From assembly GCA_945878665.1 (NCBI GenBank), contig CAMDUN010000008.1:12-64011 (forward strand): DNA of 64,000 nt. Reading direction: 5' to 3'. Position numbers and translations under genes: made by a program. This document shows, piece by piece, positions 30,802 to 39,388 of the stretch. Below the pieces are notes generated by a model. The model was not told the origin of the DNA. It made no database searches and was given only the letters and a program-made list of their open reading frames with translations. This DNA is from an uncultured Clostridia bacterium (GTDB taxonomy: Bacteria; Bacillota; Clostridia; Oscillospirales; Oscillospiraceae). Each line of letters starts with the position of its first letter. The stretch's first letter is position 1.

Positions 30802-31089
30802 TCACAGGCTGTACTCCAAAAAGTGCCGCAGCCGCTCCTGCCCCCGGCGCAGACACCGGGACACCGTGGACTTGTTGATGCCCAGCATCGCCCCGATCTC
30901 CGTCATGGGACGATTCTCGAAGAAGTACAGCGCCATGATCTCCTGCTGCCGCGGCGTCAGCTCCCGCTTCATAGCCCGCCGCAGGTTGCGCTTCAGCCGC
31001 TCCCGCCGCTGGCTGTTGTCCCCCGCCGTCTCCCGAAGCCACCGCTCCAGCCCGGCCCGGTCCATGATGTCATAGGCTGTACTCGCCAT
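30802..31089 (-). CDS. Sigma-70 region 4-type HTH protein
   Basis: LTPRQQEIMALYF..MTEIGAMLGINKSTVSRCL. No sigma region 2. Confidence 0.75.
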   Translation of the reverse strand: MASTAYDIMDRAGLERWLRETAGDNSQRRERLKRNLRRAMKRELTPRQQEIMALYFFENRPMTEIGAMLGINKSTVSRCLRRGQERLRHFLEYSL

Positions 31090-31303
31090 AGCGCCAAAAA
31101 TCTGGGTCGTAGTAGTGGGCTGTCAGATGCGACAGCTTCCTGCACTGGGTCAGCATGGGCCGCAGCGTCTCAATGCGCCGCCGCAGCCGCACCGCCGTCT
31201 CCGCGTCCTCCTCCTGCCGCAGCGCCAGCCGCAGCTCCGCCAGCCGCCCGGAGATCAGCCCCGCGCTGGCCTCGTATTCCATGGATAGCTCTGCAAGTGT
31301 CAT
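31070..31303 (-). CDS. Hypothetical helical protein
   Basis: 77 aa, GAGGGGG RBS, overlaps the start of the downstream gene. Confidence 0.6.
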   Translation of the reverse strand: MTLAELSMEYEASAGLISGRLAELRLALRQEEDAETAVRLRRRIETLRPMLTQCRKLSHLTAHYYDPDFWRYGEYSL

Positions 31304-31384
31304 GCTCTTTTCCCCCTCTTTTGTGTCCGTTGTGTTTGTGTTGTCTGCTGTTGTCTGTGATCGCACCCCTTGCCTCCCGCTGTG

Positions 31385-31545
31385 ACGGAGGGAGAGACAT
31401 CACACGAACGCACCCTCGTTGCTCGTCCGTAGGGGGCGATGCCCACGCAGCGAAGCAAGTACCCTTGGGGTGCATCGCCCCGCACACCGCGCCAGCGGTG
31501 TCATTCCGAGCCAGTGACCAACGTCACTGGCGTGGGAATCCGTTC
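31385..31545. repeat. REP-like repeat mosaic
   Basis: GTAG-type unit matching the 5.3 kb and 55.3 kb copies, followed by half of a GTCATT-type element. Confidence 0.7.
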
Positions 31546-31641
31546 CCCGCGCCCGCAGGCGCGGAACGCCCCACTGCTCCCAAACGTCAAATTGCATAAC
31601 TTTAAAGCGATAAATTTTTCCGCTATCGTTGAACTTTTTTG

Positions 31642-31670
31642 TTGACATTCCGGGAAACCTCTGTTATAAT
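31642..31670 (+). promoter_or_regulatory. Consensus SigA promoter of tRNA cluster 2
   Basis: TTGACA-17-TATAAT with TG extension. Confidence 0.9.
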
Positions 31671-31688
31671 ACGGTTCGCTGGTGAGAT

Positions 31689-31764
31689 GCTGGTGTAGCT
31701 CAGCTGGTAGAGCAGCTGATTTGTAATCAGCAGGTCGGGGGTTCGAATCCGTCCACCAGCTCCA
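31689..31764 (+). tRNA. tRNA-Thr (TGT)
   Basis: GCTGA-ttTGTaa-TCAGC, cloverleaf, CCA. Confidence 0.95.
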
Positions 31765-31782
31765 ATCGAATATGCTTTATAT

Positions 31783-31867
31783 GGGGGATTTCCCGAGTGG
31801 CCAAAGGGGACAGACTGTAAATCTGCTGGCAACGCCTTCGGTGGTTCGAATCCACCATCCCCCACCA
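31783..31867 (+). tRNA. tRNA-Tyr (GTA)
   Basis: CAGActGTAaaTCTG, long variable arm, CCA. Confidence 0.95.
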
Positions 31868-32070
31868 AAAATACCGATTGCCCGTCAGGGTGGTCGGTAT
31901 TTTTATTGGTGGGGAGGTGGAGTCGAAGTTTATGCCCCGAAGGGGTAAATCCACCATCCCCCACCAAAAATACCGATTGTCCGTCAGGGCGGTCGGTATT
32001 TTTATTGGTAGGGATGTGGAGTCGAAGTTTATGCCCCGAAGGGGTAAATCCACCATCCCCCACCAAAAAC
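31849..32070 (+). repeat. 99-bp tandem repeat containing the tRNA-Tyr 3' end
   Basis: AATCCACCATCCCCCACCAAAAA at 31849, 31948 and 32047. Confidence 0.9.
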
Positions 32071-32163
32071 CGTCCTGCGTAAGCAAGACGGTTTTTATTG
32101 CACTTTCCCGCTTTTTCCGATATAATAGCGGTATCCCGTCCGCGCATCAAAAGGAGGATACAC

Positions 32164-33201
32164 ATGAAACGTATTTCCTGCTTGGTTCTTACCCTGCTGC
32201 TGGCCCTGCTGTGCGCCTGCGGCCAAACCGACACCCTGCCCGCTGACGATCCCCCGTCGACAGACCCCGTCGCCAGCCTTGACGACATCCCCCAGGTCTG
32301 CCGCCTGTACTACACCTATGCCGGCTGGTCGCCCATCGCCCCCACCGACAGCAAGCTCCCCCTGGCCGCCTCCGCGTCCCGGGGCGCGCCAGACTACATC
32401 CCTGTCTGGCACGAGGGTGTGTATTCCCAGCTGGCCGCCAACGGCGGCGAGGGCCTCTATATGACCGACCTCACCGGCGGCAAGGCCATCAAGACCAGCG
32501 ACTATAGCCGCTTCTGCTGGAACGATGAGCTGTACCACTGCGTCCATGTGCAGGCCGAGGACAGCTTTATCCCCGGCTTTTGCAGCATCGAGGGCGGCGT
32601 TCTGTGGCTGGATCTGTCCGGCGACTGCTGGGCGGACAACGGCACCGGCGGCGAGATCGGCCTGTTTGGCGGCTTTGACACCGTGGTCATCACCGGCAGC
32701 GGCACGCTGACCCTGTCCCAGAGCATCGAGGTCGGCGCGGGCCAGGCCGCCCTCCCCGCCCTGATCATTGACGGCGTGGATGTCACCTGCCCCGCCGTGG
32801 TGCTCACGGCCAACACCGACCCGGAGAACACCGCCAACCTCATCGTATGCTCCGGCTCACTGACCACCGACCTCCTTACCGTCAGCGGCGATGCCTGCGT
32901 CACGGGTGGTACGCTGACGGTCAGCCAGCTCATGGACTGCACCAACCTGGTGTGCCGCGGCGGCACCATCACCATCACCGAGGGCTGGGGCTTCAGCGGC
33001 GATGGCCATCAGGCCGTGACCCCCACCGTCCTCCTCACTGGGGGCACACTGGACGCCAACGTCTGGATGCCTGAGACCATCGAGTACCAGCTTTGGGAGG
33101 GCACGATCACCGTTCCCGGCATCCGCTACTGGCCCGGTATGCACCAGTTGAGTGATAATGTGACCATCATCGACCCTCTGGACGAAAGCCAGTCCGGCTG
33201 A
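32164..33201 (+). CDS. Lipoprotein with beta-rich repeated C-terminal region
   Basis: Lipobox LLCAC and repeated GxLT/GTxT motifs. AAGGAGG RBS. Confidence 0.7.
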   Translation: MKRISCLVLTLLLALLCACGQTDTLPADDPPSTDPVASLDDIPQVCRLYYTYAGWSPIAPTDSKLPLAASASRGAPDYIPVWHEGVYSQLAANGGEGLYMTDLTGGKAIKTSDYSRFCWNDELYHCVHVQAEDSFIPGFCSIEGGVLWLDLSGDCWADNGTGGEIGLFGGFDTVVITGSGTLTLSQSIEVGAGQAALPALIIDGVDVTCPAVVLTANTDPENTANLIVCSGSLTTDLLTVSGDACVTGGTLTVSQLMDCTNLVCRGGTITITEGWGFSGDGHQAVTPTVLLTGGTLDANVWMPETIEYQLWEGTITVPGIRYWPGMHQLSDNVTIIDPLDESQSG

Positions 33202-33271
33202 CCGCATTCTCCGCACCTCCTGTCTTTCCCGCCGCGCCCAAAGGGGCGCGGCTTTTTCTCACCTCGAATAC

Positions 33272-33383
33272 CAAGTTTCTTGTGAACGACCTCAATATAT
33301 CACAAGAAACTTGAGATGTCAAGACTAAAATCACAAGTTTCTTGTTAAACTACATTGACAAAGCCAAACTTTCGGGTTACTAT
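33272..33383. promoter_or_regulatory. Divergent promoters with three CAAG-N3-CTTG operators
   Basis: Leftward TTGACA-17-TATATT (33322-33294) and rightward TTGACA-17-TACTAT (33355-33383). Operators at about 33272, 33303 and 33334. Confidence 0.75.
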
Positions 33384-33429
33384 ATAGAAAAACGTGTCGA
33401 AACCTGTCGCAAACGTAGGAGGTGTGCTT

Positions 33430-34185
33430 ATGTCCTTTGGTGAGCAGATGCGCCGCCGGCGCGAGGAGCTGGGCCTGAGCCGGAGCGAGCTGGCCCAGCG
33501 GCTGGGCGTGTCAGTGTCCGCCGTGGGCAACTACGAGACCGGCGTCAGCGCCCCCAGGGAGGAGGTGCTTCTCCGCCTGTTCAACGCCCTGGAGGTAGAC
33601 CCCAATTACCTCTACCGGGGCAGCTACCTCCACCGCCCCGACTCCGGCAGTGACGAGGAGCGCCGCCTGCTGGCCAAGTACCGCGCCCTGCCCCTGGCGG
33701 GCCGCCAAACGGTCCACACCCTGTTAGACGCCCTCACCGTCATGACAGACCAGGTGCGTCAGACCGCCCCTGCCGCCGAGCCCCGCACCATCCCCCTCTA
33801 CACCTCCCCCGCCGCCGCGGGCTTCGCCGCCCCGGTGTTCGGCGAGGACTACGAGCTGCTCACCGTCACCGGCGACGTTCCCCCCGGCGCGGAGCTGGCC
33901 GTCCGCATCCAGGGCGACTCCATGTCGCCCCTCATCGCCGACGGTTCGGTGGTCTACGTCAACCACGACCCGCTGCAAAACGGCGATGTGGGCATCTTCT
34001 GCGTGGACGGCGATATGCTGTGCAAGCAGTATTGCCGCGACCCCTTCGGCATGGTCTACCTTTTTTCCCTGAACCGCCGCCGTGCCGACATGGACGTGGT
34101 GTTCCACCGTGGCAGCGGACGCAGCCTCACCTGCTTTGGCCGCGTCATGGTCCACAGTCAACCCCTCCCGGAGGGCCATATATAG
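33430..34185 (+). CDS. XRE-HTH + S24 peptidase (CI/LexA-like) repressor
   Basis: N-terminal HTH, AAAG cleavage-site-like motif, GDSM serine and CKQ lysine. Confidence 0.88.
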   Translation: MSFGEQMRRRREELGLSRSELAQRLGVSVSAVGNYETGVSAPREEVLLRLFNALEVDPNYLYRGSYLHRPDSGSDEERRLLAKYRALPLAGRQTVHTLLDALTVMTDQVRQTAPAAEPRTIPLYTSPAAAGFAAPVFGEDYELLTVTGDVPPGAELAVRIQGDSMSPLIADGSVVYVNHDPLQNGDVGIFCVDGDMLCKQYCRDPFGMVYLFSLNRRRADMDVVFHRGSGRSLTCFGRVMVHSQPLPEGHI

Positions 34186-34222
34186 CAAAACAGGCGGTGC
34201 GCTTCAAGCGTACCGCCTGCTG

Positions 34223-34681
34223 TTATTCTTCCGTTTCCGGCGTCAGCCGGTATGTGTACCATTCCTCGCCCGTTTTCTCAAAGCCGACGGCCAGGAACAT
34301 CCGCTGGCTCTGCCGGTTAAAATCATAGATGTTGGCCGTCACCTGGGTCATGCCCTTTTCCGCTGCCAACCGCAGCAGCTCTAAAACGCAGCGCCGCCCG
34401 ATGTGCCGGTTTTGGTACTCCTTGCAGACCACGATGGCAATCTCTCCGTTGTCGCGCAGCGACACGTCCCCCACCAGCACGCCCCGGTATTCGATGTAGT
34501 AGCACTCGCCGTGGGTGCTCAGGTAGTCGTACATCTGGTGCAGCAGCGTCAGGTCATAGGGCGTGTCCCGGTCATCCACCTGCTTGCACACGTCCAGATC
34601 CTGATACCACGGCAGCGACGCGCCGTCGTTTCGGTAATAGGGGATCAGCCGTATGTCGCTGTCAATGCGCCGCTCCACCAT
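34223..34681 (-). CDS. GNAT family acetyltransferase
   Basis: EYQNRHIGRR motif A and N..SQRMF..VGF motif B. Confidence 0.85.
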   Translation of the reverse strand: MVERRIDSDIRLIPYYRNDGASLPWYQDLDVCKQVDDRDTPYDLTLLHQMYDYLSTHGECYYIEYRGVLVGDVSLRDNGEIAIVVCKEYQNRHIGRRCVLELLRLAAEKGMTQVTANIYDFNRQSQRMFLAVGFEKTGEEWYTYRLTPETEE

Positions 34682-34759
34682 TTCAAAAGTCCTCCGCGCT
34701 GCAAAGTCACGCCCTGATGGTTTGCATTTGTCAAGCCGCCGGGTGTATTTTTTGTACCC

Positions 34760-35176
34760 TTACGCGGTGAAGGGCTTGCTCTTGGGGTTGACGATGTCGC
34801 GCCAGTCCAGGTCGCCCCGGTCCAGGCCCAGCACCAGCATCTCGGCGGTGGCCAGGTTGCTGGCGAAGGGGACGTTGTTCTGGTCGCACAGGCGGGAGAT
34901 ATAGGTTATATCCACATCGGGGTGCTTCTGACTGGGGTCGCCGAAGCACAGCACCATGTCTATCTCGTTATAGGCGATGCGGGCCGCGATCTGCTGGCCG
35001 CCGCCGTGGTCGAAGGACAGGAAGCGGTGGATGGTCAGGCCGGTGGCATCGGCGATCTGCTGGCCGGTGCGGGCGGTGGCGCATAGGGTGTGCTTGGCCA
35101 AAATTCCGCAGTAGGCGGTGCAGAACTGTACCATCAGCTCCTTGCGGTTGTCGTGTGCCATCAGTGCAATATTCAT
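34760..35176 (-). CDS. mgsA: Methylglyoxal synthase-like protein with degenerate active site
   Basis: IALMAHD..K, QQI, DP and NLATAE motifs, but the canonical GGDQQ reads GGGQQ. Confidence 0.75.
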   Translation of the reverse strand: MNIALMAHDNRKELMVQFCTAYCGILAKHTLCATARTGQQIADATGLTIHRFLSFDHGGGQQIAARIAYNEIDMVLCFGDPSQKHPDVDITYISRLCDQNNVPFASNLATAEMLVLGLDRGDLDWRDIVNPKSKPFTA

Positions 35177-35220
35177 AGAATTGCTCCTTTCTCTTTGTAA
35201 GAGTGGTTTGCGCGGAGAGT

Positions 35221-35964
35221 TTATATCTTCATCAGGGGCGCTTTTTGGCCCATGATGCGCTTGGCGATGTTTTCGTAGGCGCGGGCGGCGTAGTAGTTGT
35301 GCTCCCGGAGCACCAGCCCGCGGTTCAGGCAGTAGGGGACGTCCTCGTCCTCCGGCACGACGCCCAGAAGCGGCAGGCCGGCGGCGTCGATGGCGTCGTC
35401 GATGGTGGTGTGGAGCTGGCGCAGCACCTTTTTGGACACGCGGCCCACCACCAGGTGTACCGTGCCGCCGGGGAAGGCGGACAGCTCCATGGCGGTGCGC
35501 TGGGCATCCCGCATGGCGGACACGTCCGTGGTGGTGATGACCACCACCTGATCGGCCATGCAGGCCGCCATCTGGAAGCCCTGACCCAGCCCCGCAGGGG
35601 CGTCGATGAGACACCAGTCGTAACCGGCGCGGATGTCGGCGGCCAGCTGCTTCACGGCGGAGACAGACAGCTCCAGCGGACGGTCGGCCACCGGCGCGGT
35701 GAGCAGGGAGAGGGTGGGGTATTTTTCGTGGGCCACGGCGGCCTGGGACAGGGTGCAGCGGCCCGCCAGCACGTCGGAGAAGTCCATCAGCGCACGGTCG
35801 CTGAGGCCCAGCGCCAGGTCCAGGTTGCGAAGCGTCACGTCACAGTCCATGCACAGCACACGCTGGCCCATGGCGGCCAGCGCCAGGGCGGTGTTGGCGG
35901 TGAAGGTGGTTTTTCCGGTGCCTCCCTTGCCGGACACCACGGCGATGATCTTGCCCATGGGCAC
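35221..35964 (-). CDS. minD: MinD-like septum site-determining ATPase
   Basis: SGKGGTGKT, LRNLDLALG and DAPAG motifs. Confidence 0.85.
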   Translation of the reverse strand: MPMGKIIAVVSGKGGTGKTTFTANTALALAAMGQRVLCMDCDVTLRNLDLALGLSDRALMDFSDVLAGRCTLSQAAVAHEKYPTLSLLTAPVADRPLELSVSAVKQLAADIRAGYDWCLIDAPAGLGQGFQMAACMADQVVVITTTDVSAMRDAQRTAMELSAFPGGTVHLVVGRVSKKVLRQLHTTIDDAIDAAGLPLLGVVPEDEDVPYCLNRGLVLREHNYYAARAYENIAKRIMGQKAPLMKI

Positions 35965-35969
35965 TCCTT

Positions 35970-36668
35970 TCAGCGCAGCGGCGCTTTCTTGATGCGGGCG
36001 AAGCTGCGGGGGAACTGGCGGGGCGTGGCCCGCACCTTTTCGATGATGACGGCGCGGTGGCGCACATCGGTCTGCGGCACGGTGTAGTCCCGCACGGCGG
36101 CGATCTCGCCGCCCAGCTGGGCCACAGCGCTGCGGGCCTCCGCGATCTCCTGGTCGGAGGAGGTGGACTTCATGGCGATGAACCGCCCGCCCACCTTGAC
36201 CAGCGGCAGCGTCAGCTCACACAGCACGTTCAGCTGGGCCACGGCACGGGACACGGCCACATCGTACCGCTCCCGGTGCTGCGCGGCGAAGTCCTCCGCC
36301 CGGGCGTGGACGCAGGTGACGTGGGGCAGGCCCATGTCATCGCAGACCTCTTGCAAAAAGTCGATGCGCTTGCCCAGGCTGTCCAGCAGAGTGAACCGGG
36401 CATCCGGCGTCAGCAGTGCCAGCACCATGCCCGGCAATCCCGCGCCTGTGCCCACGTCGATGACGGTCTTGCCCGCGAGAGGGGAGAGGGGCAGCAGGGC
36501 GGCGCAGTCCAGCAGGTGCAGCGTGGCCACCTGGTCGGGCTGGGTGATGGCCGTCAGGTTCATGACCTTGTTCTTTTCCAGCAGCGCGTCAGCGTAGCGC
36601 TCCAGCACCGCCGCAGCGGCGGTGTCCAGCCCCAGCTCGGTCAGGCCGGCGGTGAGGATGTCGGTCAT
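35970..36668 (-). CDS. rsmG: 16S rRNA m7G527 methyltransferase
   Basis: [16 protein letters not shown] and SRAVA motifs. Confidence 0.95.
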   Translation of the reverse strand: MTDILTAGLTELGLDTAAAAVLERYADALLEKNKVMNLTAITQPDQVATLHLLDCAALLPLSPLAGKTVIDVGTGAGLPGMVLALLTPDARFTLLDSLGKRIDFLQEVCDDMGLPHVTCVHARAEDFAAQHRERYDVAVSRAVAQLNVLCELTLPLVKVGGRFIAMKSTSSDQEIAEARSAVAQLGGEIAAVRDYTVPQTDVRHRAVIIEKVRATPRQFPRSFARIKKAPLR

Positions 36669-37105
36669 TTCTGCTGTTCCTTCAGCAGGTCGCGGATCTC
36701 GGTGAGCAGCTCCTCGGAGGTGGGGGCTTCCGGCTCTTCCGGCGCGGGAGCTTCCTCCTCTTTCTTCTTCGTCAGCTTATGGAACTGGTTGATGGCCTTG
36801 ACCATGAGGAAGATGACGAAGGCCACCAGGATGAAGTCGATGACGGTGCTGAGGAACGTGCCCAGGCCCAGCGTCACCGGCTCTTTTACCACGGTGTCGC
36901 CGTCCATGACGGCGGCCTTCAGCGTCAGGTTCAGCCGGCCCAGGTCCACGCCGCCGATGAGCAGGCCGATGAGGGGCATGAACACGTCGTTCACCAGGGA
37001 CGTGGTGATCTTGCCGAAGGCAGAGCCGATGATGACACCGATGGCCATGTCCATCACGTTGCCCCGCATGGCAAATTCTCTGAACTCATTCAGAAACTTT
37101 TTCAT
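36665..37105 (-). CDS. mscL: Large-conductance mechanosensitive channel
   Basis: [21 protein letters not shown] and LLTEIRDLL motifs. Confidence 0.96.
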   Translation of the reverse strand: MKKFLNEFREFAMRGNVMDMAIGVIIGSAFGKITTSLVNDVFMPLIGLLIGGVDLGRLNLTLKAAVMDGDTVVKEPVTLGLGTFLSTVIDFILVAFVIFLMVKAINQFHKLTKKKEEEAPAPEEPEAPTSEELLTEIRDLLKEQQK

Positions 37106-37160
37106 GGGCGAAAGCTCCTATACAAAGAGTATATTATCTAGTAAATATTACGATGCGCTA

Positions 37161-38465
37161 TCAGTGCAGGGGGACGAGCCGCTCCTTGCCGCCCATGTAG
37201 GGCTGGAGCGCCTTGGGCACGAGCACCGAGCCGTCGGCCTGCAGGTTGTTCTCCAGCAGGGCGATGAGCATACGGGGCGGCGCGACCACGGTGTTGTTCA
37301 GGGTGTGGGGCAGGTACATCTTGCCGTCCTCGCCCTTGACGCGGATCTTCAGGCGGCGGGCCTGGGCATCGCCCAGGTTGGAGCAGGAGCAGACCTCGAA
37401 ATACTTCTGCTGGCGGGGAGACCAGGCCTCGATGTCGCAGGACTTGCACTTCAGATCCGCCAGGTCGCCGGAGCAGCATTCCAACTGCCGCACGGGGATG
37501 TCCAGGGAGCGGAACAGCTCCACGGAGTAGCGCCACATCTTCTCATACCAGTCCTTGGACTCCTCCGGCTTGCAGACCACGATCATCTCCTGCTTCTCGA
37601 ACTGGTGGATGCGGTACACGCCCCGCTCCTCGATGCCGTGAGCGCCCTTCTCCTTGCGGAAGCAGGGGGAGTAGGAGGTCAGGGTCTGAGGCAGCTTGCT
37701 CTCCGGGATGATCTGATCGATGAACTTGCCGATCATGGAGTGCTCGGACGTGCCGATGAGGTACAGATCCTCGCCCTCGATCTTATACATCATGGCATCC
37801 ATGTCCGTTTGGCTCATGACGCCCTCCACCACGTTGCCGTGGATCATGAACGGGGGTATGCAGTAGGTGAAGCCCTTGTCGATCATAAAGTCCCGGCCAT
37901 AGGCGGTGACGGCGGAGTGCAGCCGGGCGATGTCGCCCATGAGGTAATAGAACCCCTGGCCGCTGACGCGGGCGGCGGCATCCATGTCCACGCCGTCAAA
38001 GCGCTCCATGATCTCCGTGTGGTAGGGGATAGGGAAGTCGGGCGTTTTCGGCTCGCCGAAGCGCTCCACCTCCACGTTGTGGCTGTCGTCCGGGCCGATG
38101 GGCACGGAGGGGTCGATCATCTGGGGGATGACCAGCATGATGCGGTGCAGGTCGGCGGCCAGCTTCTCCTCTATCTGCTCCAGCTGGGCCAAACGGTCGG
38201 CGTTGGCCTTGACCTGGGCCTTGGCCTCCTCGGCCTCGGCCAGCTTGGACGGGTCTTTCTTGGCCTGACCCATGAGCATACCCACCTTTTTGGACAGCTG
38301 GTTACGCAGGGCGCGGAGGTCGCTGGCCTCCTGCATGGCGGCGCGGCGCTGGGCGTCGATGGCCACGGCCTCGTCCACTAGGGGCAGCTTGGCGTTCTGG
38401 AACTTCTTGCGGATGTTCTCCTTGACGGCTTCGGTGTTCTCCCGAAGGAATTTCATATCAAGCAT
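37161..38465 (-). CDS. serS: Serine--tRNA ligase
   Basis: MLDMKF start, GTSEH, FRKE and HQFEKQE, HTLNNT motifs. Confidence 0.96.
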   Translation of the reverse strand: MLDMKFLRENTEAVKENIRKKFQNAKLPLVDEAVAIDAQRRAAMQEASDLRALRNQLSKKVGMLMGQAKKDPSKLAEAEEAKAQVKANADRLAQLEQIEEKLAADLHRIMLVIPQMIDPSVPIGPDDSHNVEVERFGEPKTPDFPIPYHTEIMERFDGVDMDAAARVSGQGFYYLMGDIARLHSAVTAYGRDFMIDKGFTYCIPPFMIHGNVVEGVMSQTDMDAMMYKIEGEDLYLIGTSEHSMIGKFIDQIIPESKLPQTLTSYSPCFRKEKGAHGIEERGVYRIHQFEKQEMIVVCKPEESKDWYEKMWRYSVELFRSLDIPVRQLECCSGDLADLKCKSCDIEAWSPRQQKYFEVCSCSNLGDAQARRLKIRVKGEDGKMYLPHTLNNTVVAPPRMLIALLENNLQADGSVLVPKALQPYMGGKERLVPLH

Positions 38466-38492
38466 GGTGTCATACCTCGTTATCGTAATCAA

Positions 38493-38508
38493 TGTTTCAC
38501 GTGAAACA
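38493..38508. other. parS site
   Basis: TGTTTCACGTGAAACA, just downstream of parB. Confidence 0.92.
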
Positions 38509-38513
38509 GCGGT

Positions 38514-39374
38514 TTATTTTTTCAGCTTTTCCAGCGCTTCCAGCAGGGCGTTCAGATCGTCCACGCCGTAATACTCCAGCTCCACCCGGCCTTTTTTCTT
38601 GCCGTTGACGATGCGGCAGGGACGGCCCAGCTTGCCGGACAGCTCCCGGGCGGCCTCCTCAACATAATTGACGGAAAGAGGGTCGGTGGCGGGCCGCTCT
38701 TTTTTCTCGGCAGTGAGCTTCTTGACCAGCAGCTCCGTCTGACGGACGGACAGGCCGTCCTTCACCACCGTCTCGGCGGCGGACTGCTGCATTTTGGCGC
38801 TCAGCGGCAGCAGCGTACGGGCGTGGCCGGCGGACAGCCGTCCGTCCTCCACCATGGCGCGGACAGGGGGCGTAAGCCCCAGCAACCGCAGGGCGTTGGC
38901 CACGGTGGGGCGGGACTTGCCCACCCGCTGGGCGGCCTCCTCCTGGGTCATGTTGTACTGCTCCGTCAGCACGCGGTAGCCCTCGGCCTCCTCGATGGGG
39001 TTCAGGTCCTCCCGCTGGAGGTTCTCGATCATGGCCAGCTCCATGGCCTTGCGGTCGTCGGCCTCGATGACGATGGCGGGGACTTCCGTCAGCCCGGCCA
39101 TGCGGGCGGCGCGCCAGCGCCGCTCACCGGCGATGATCTGATAGTAGCCGGACTGGAGCTTGCGGACGGTCAGGGGCTGGATGATGCCGTGCTGGCGGAT
39201 GGATTCGGACAGGTCGGCCAGCGCATCGGGGTCGAAGGTCTTGCGGGGCTGGGTGGAGCAGCTCTCCACCTGACTGATGGGCAGCAGCAGGGAGGAGCGC
39301 TCATCGGCGGAGAGCACATTGTCGCCCAGCAGCGCGCCCAGGCCCTTGCCCAGGCCCTTCATCTGATTTGCCAT
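38514..39374 (-). CDS. parB: Chromosome partitioning protein ParB/Spo0J
   Basis: GLGKGLGALL, QPRK, GERRWRA and ENLQREDL motifs. Confidence 0.95.
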   Translation of the reverse strand: MANQMKGLGKGLGALLGDNVLSADERSSLLLPISQVESCSTQPRKTFDPDALADLSESIRQHGIIQPLTVRKLQSGYYQIIAGERRWRAARMAGLTEVPAIVIEADDRKAMELAMIENLQREDLNPIEEAEGYRVLTEQYNMTQEEAAQRVGKSRPTVANALRLLGLTPPVRAMVEDGRLSAGHARTLLPLSAKMQQSAAETVVKDGLSVRQTELLVKKLTAEKKERPATDPLSVNYVEEAARELSGKLGRPCRIVNGKKKGRVELEYYGVDDLNALLEALEKLKK

Positions 39375-39388
39375 AGGACGTTCTCCTT

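Noticed and set aside
31849-32070. Possible CRISPR array or extra tRNA genes
   Set aside because: The intervening sequences are the same in each unit, and there is no D-arm or anticodon arm.
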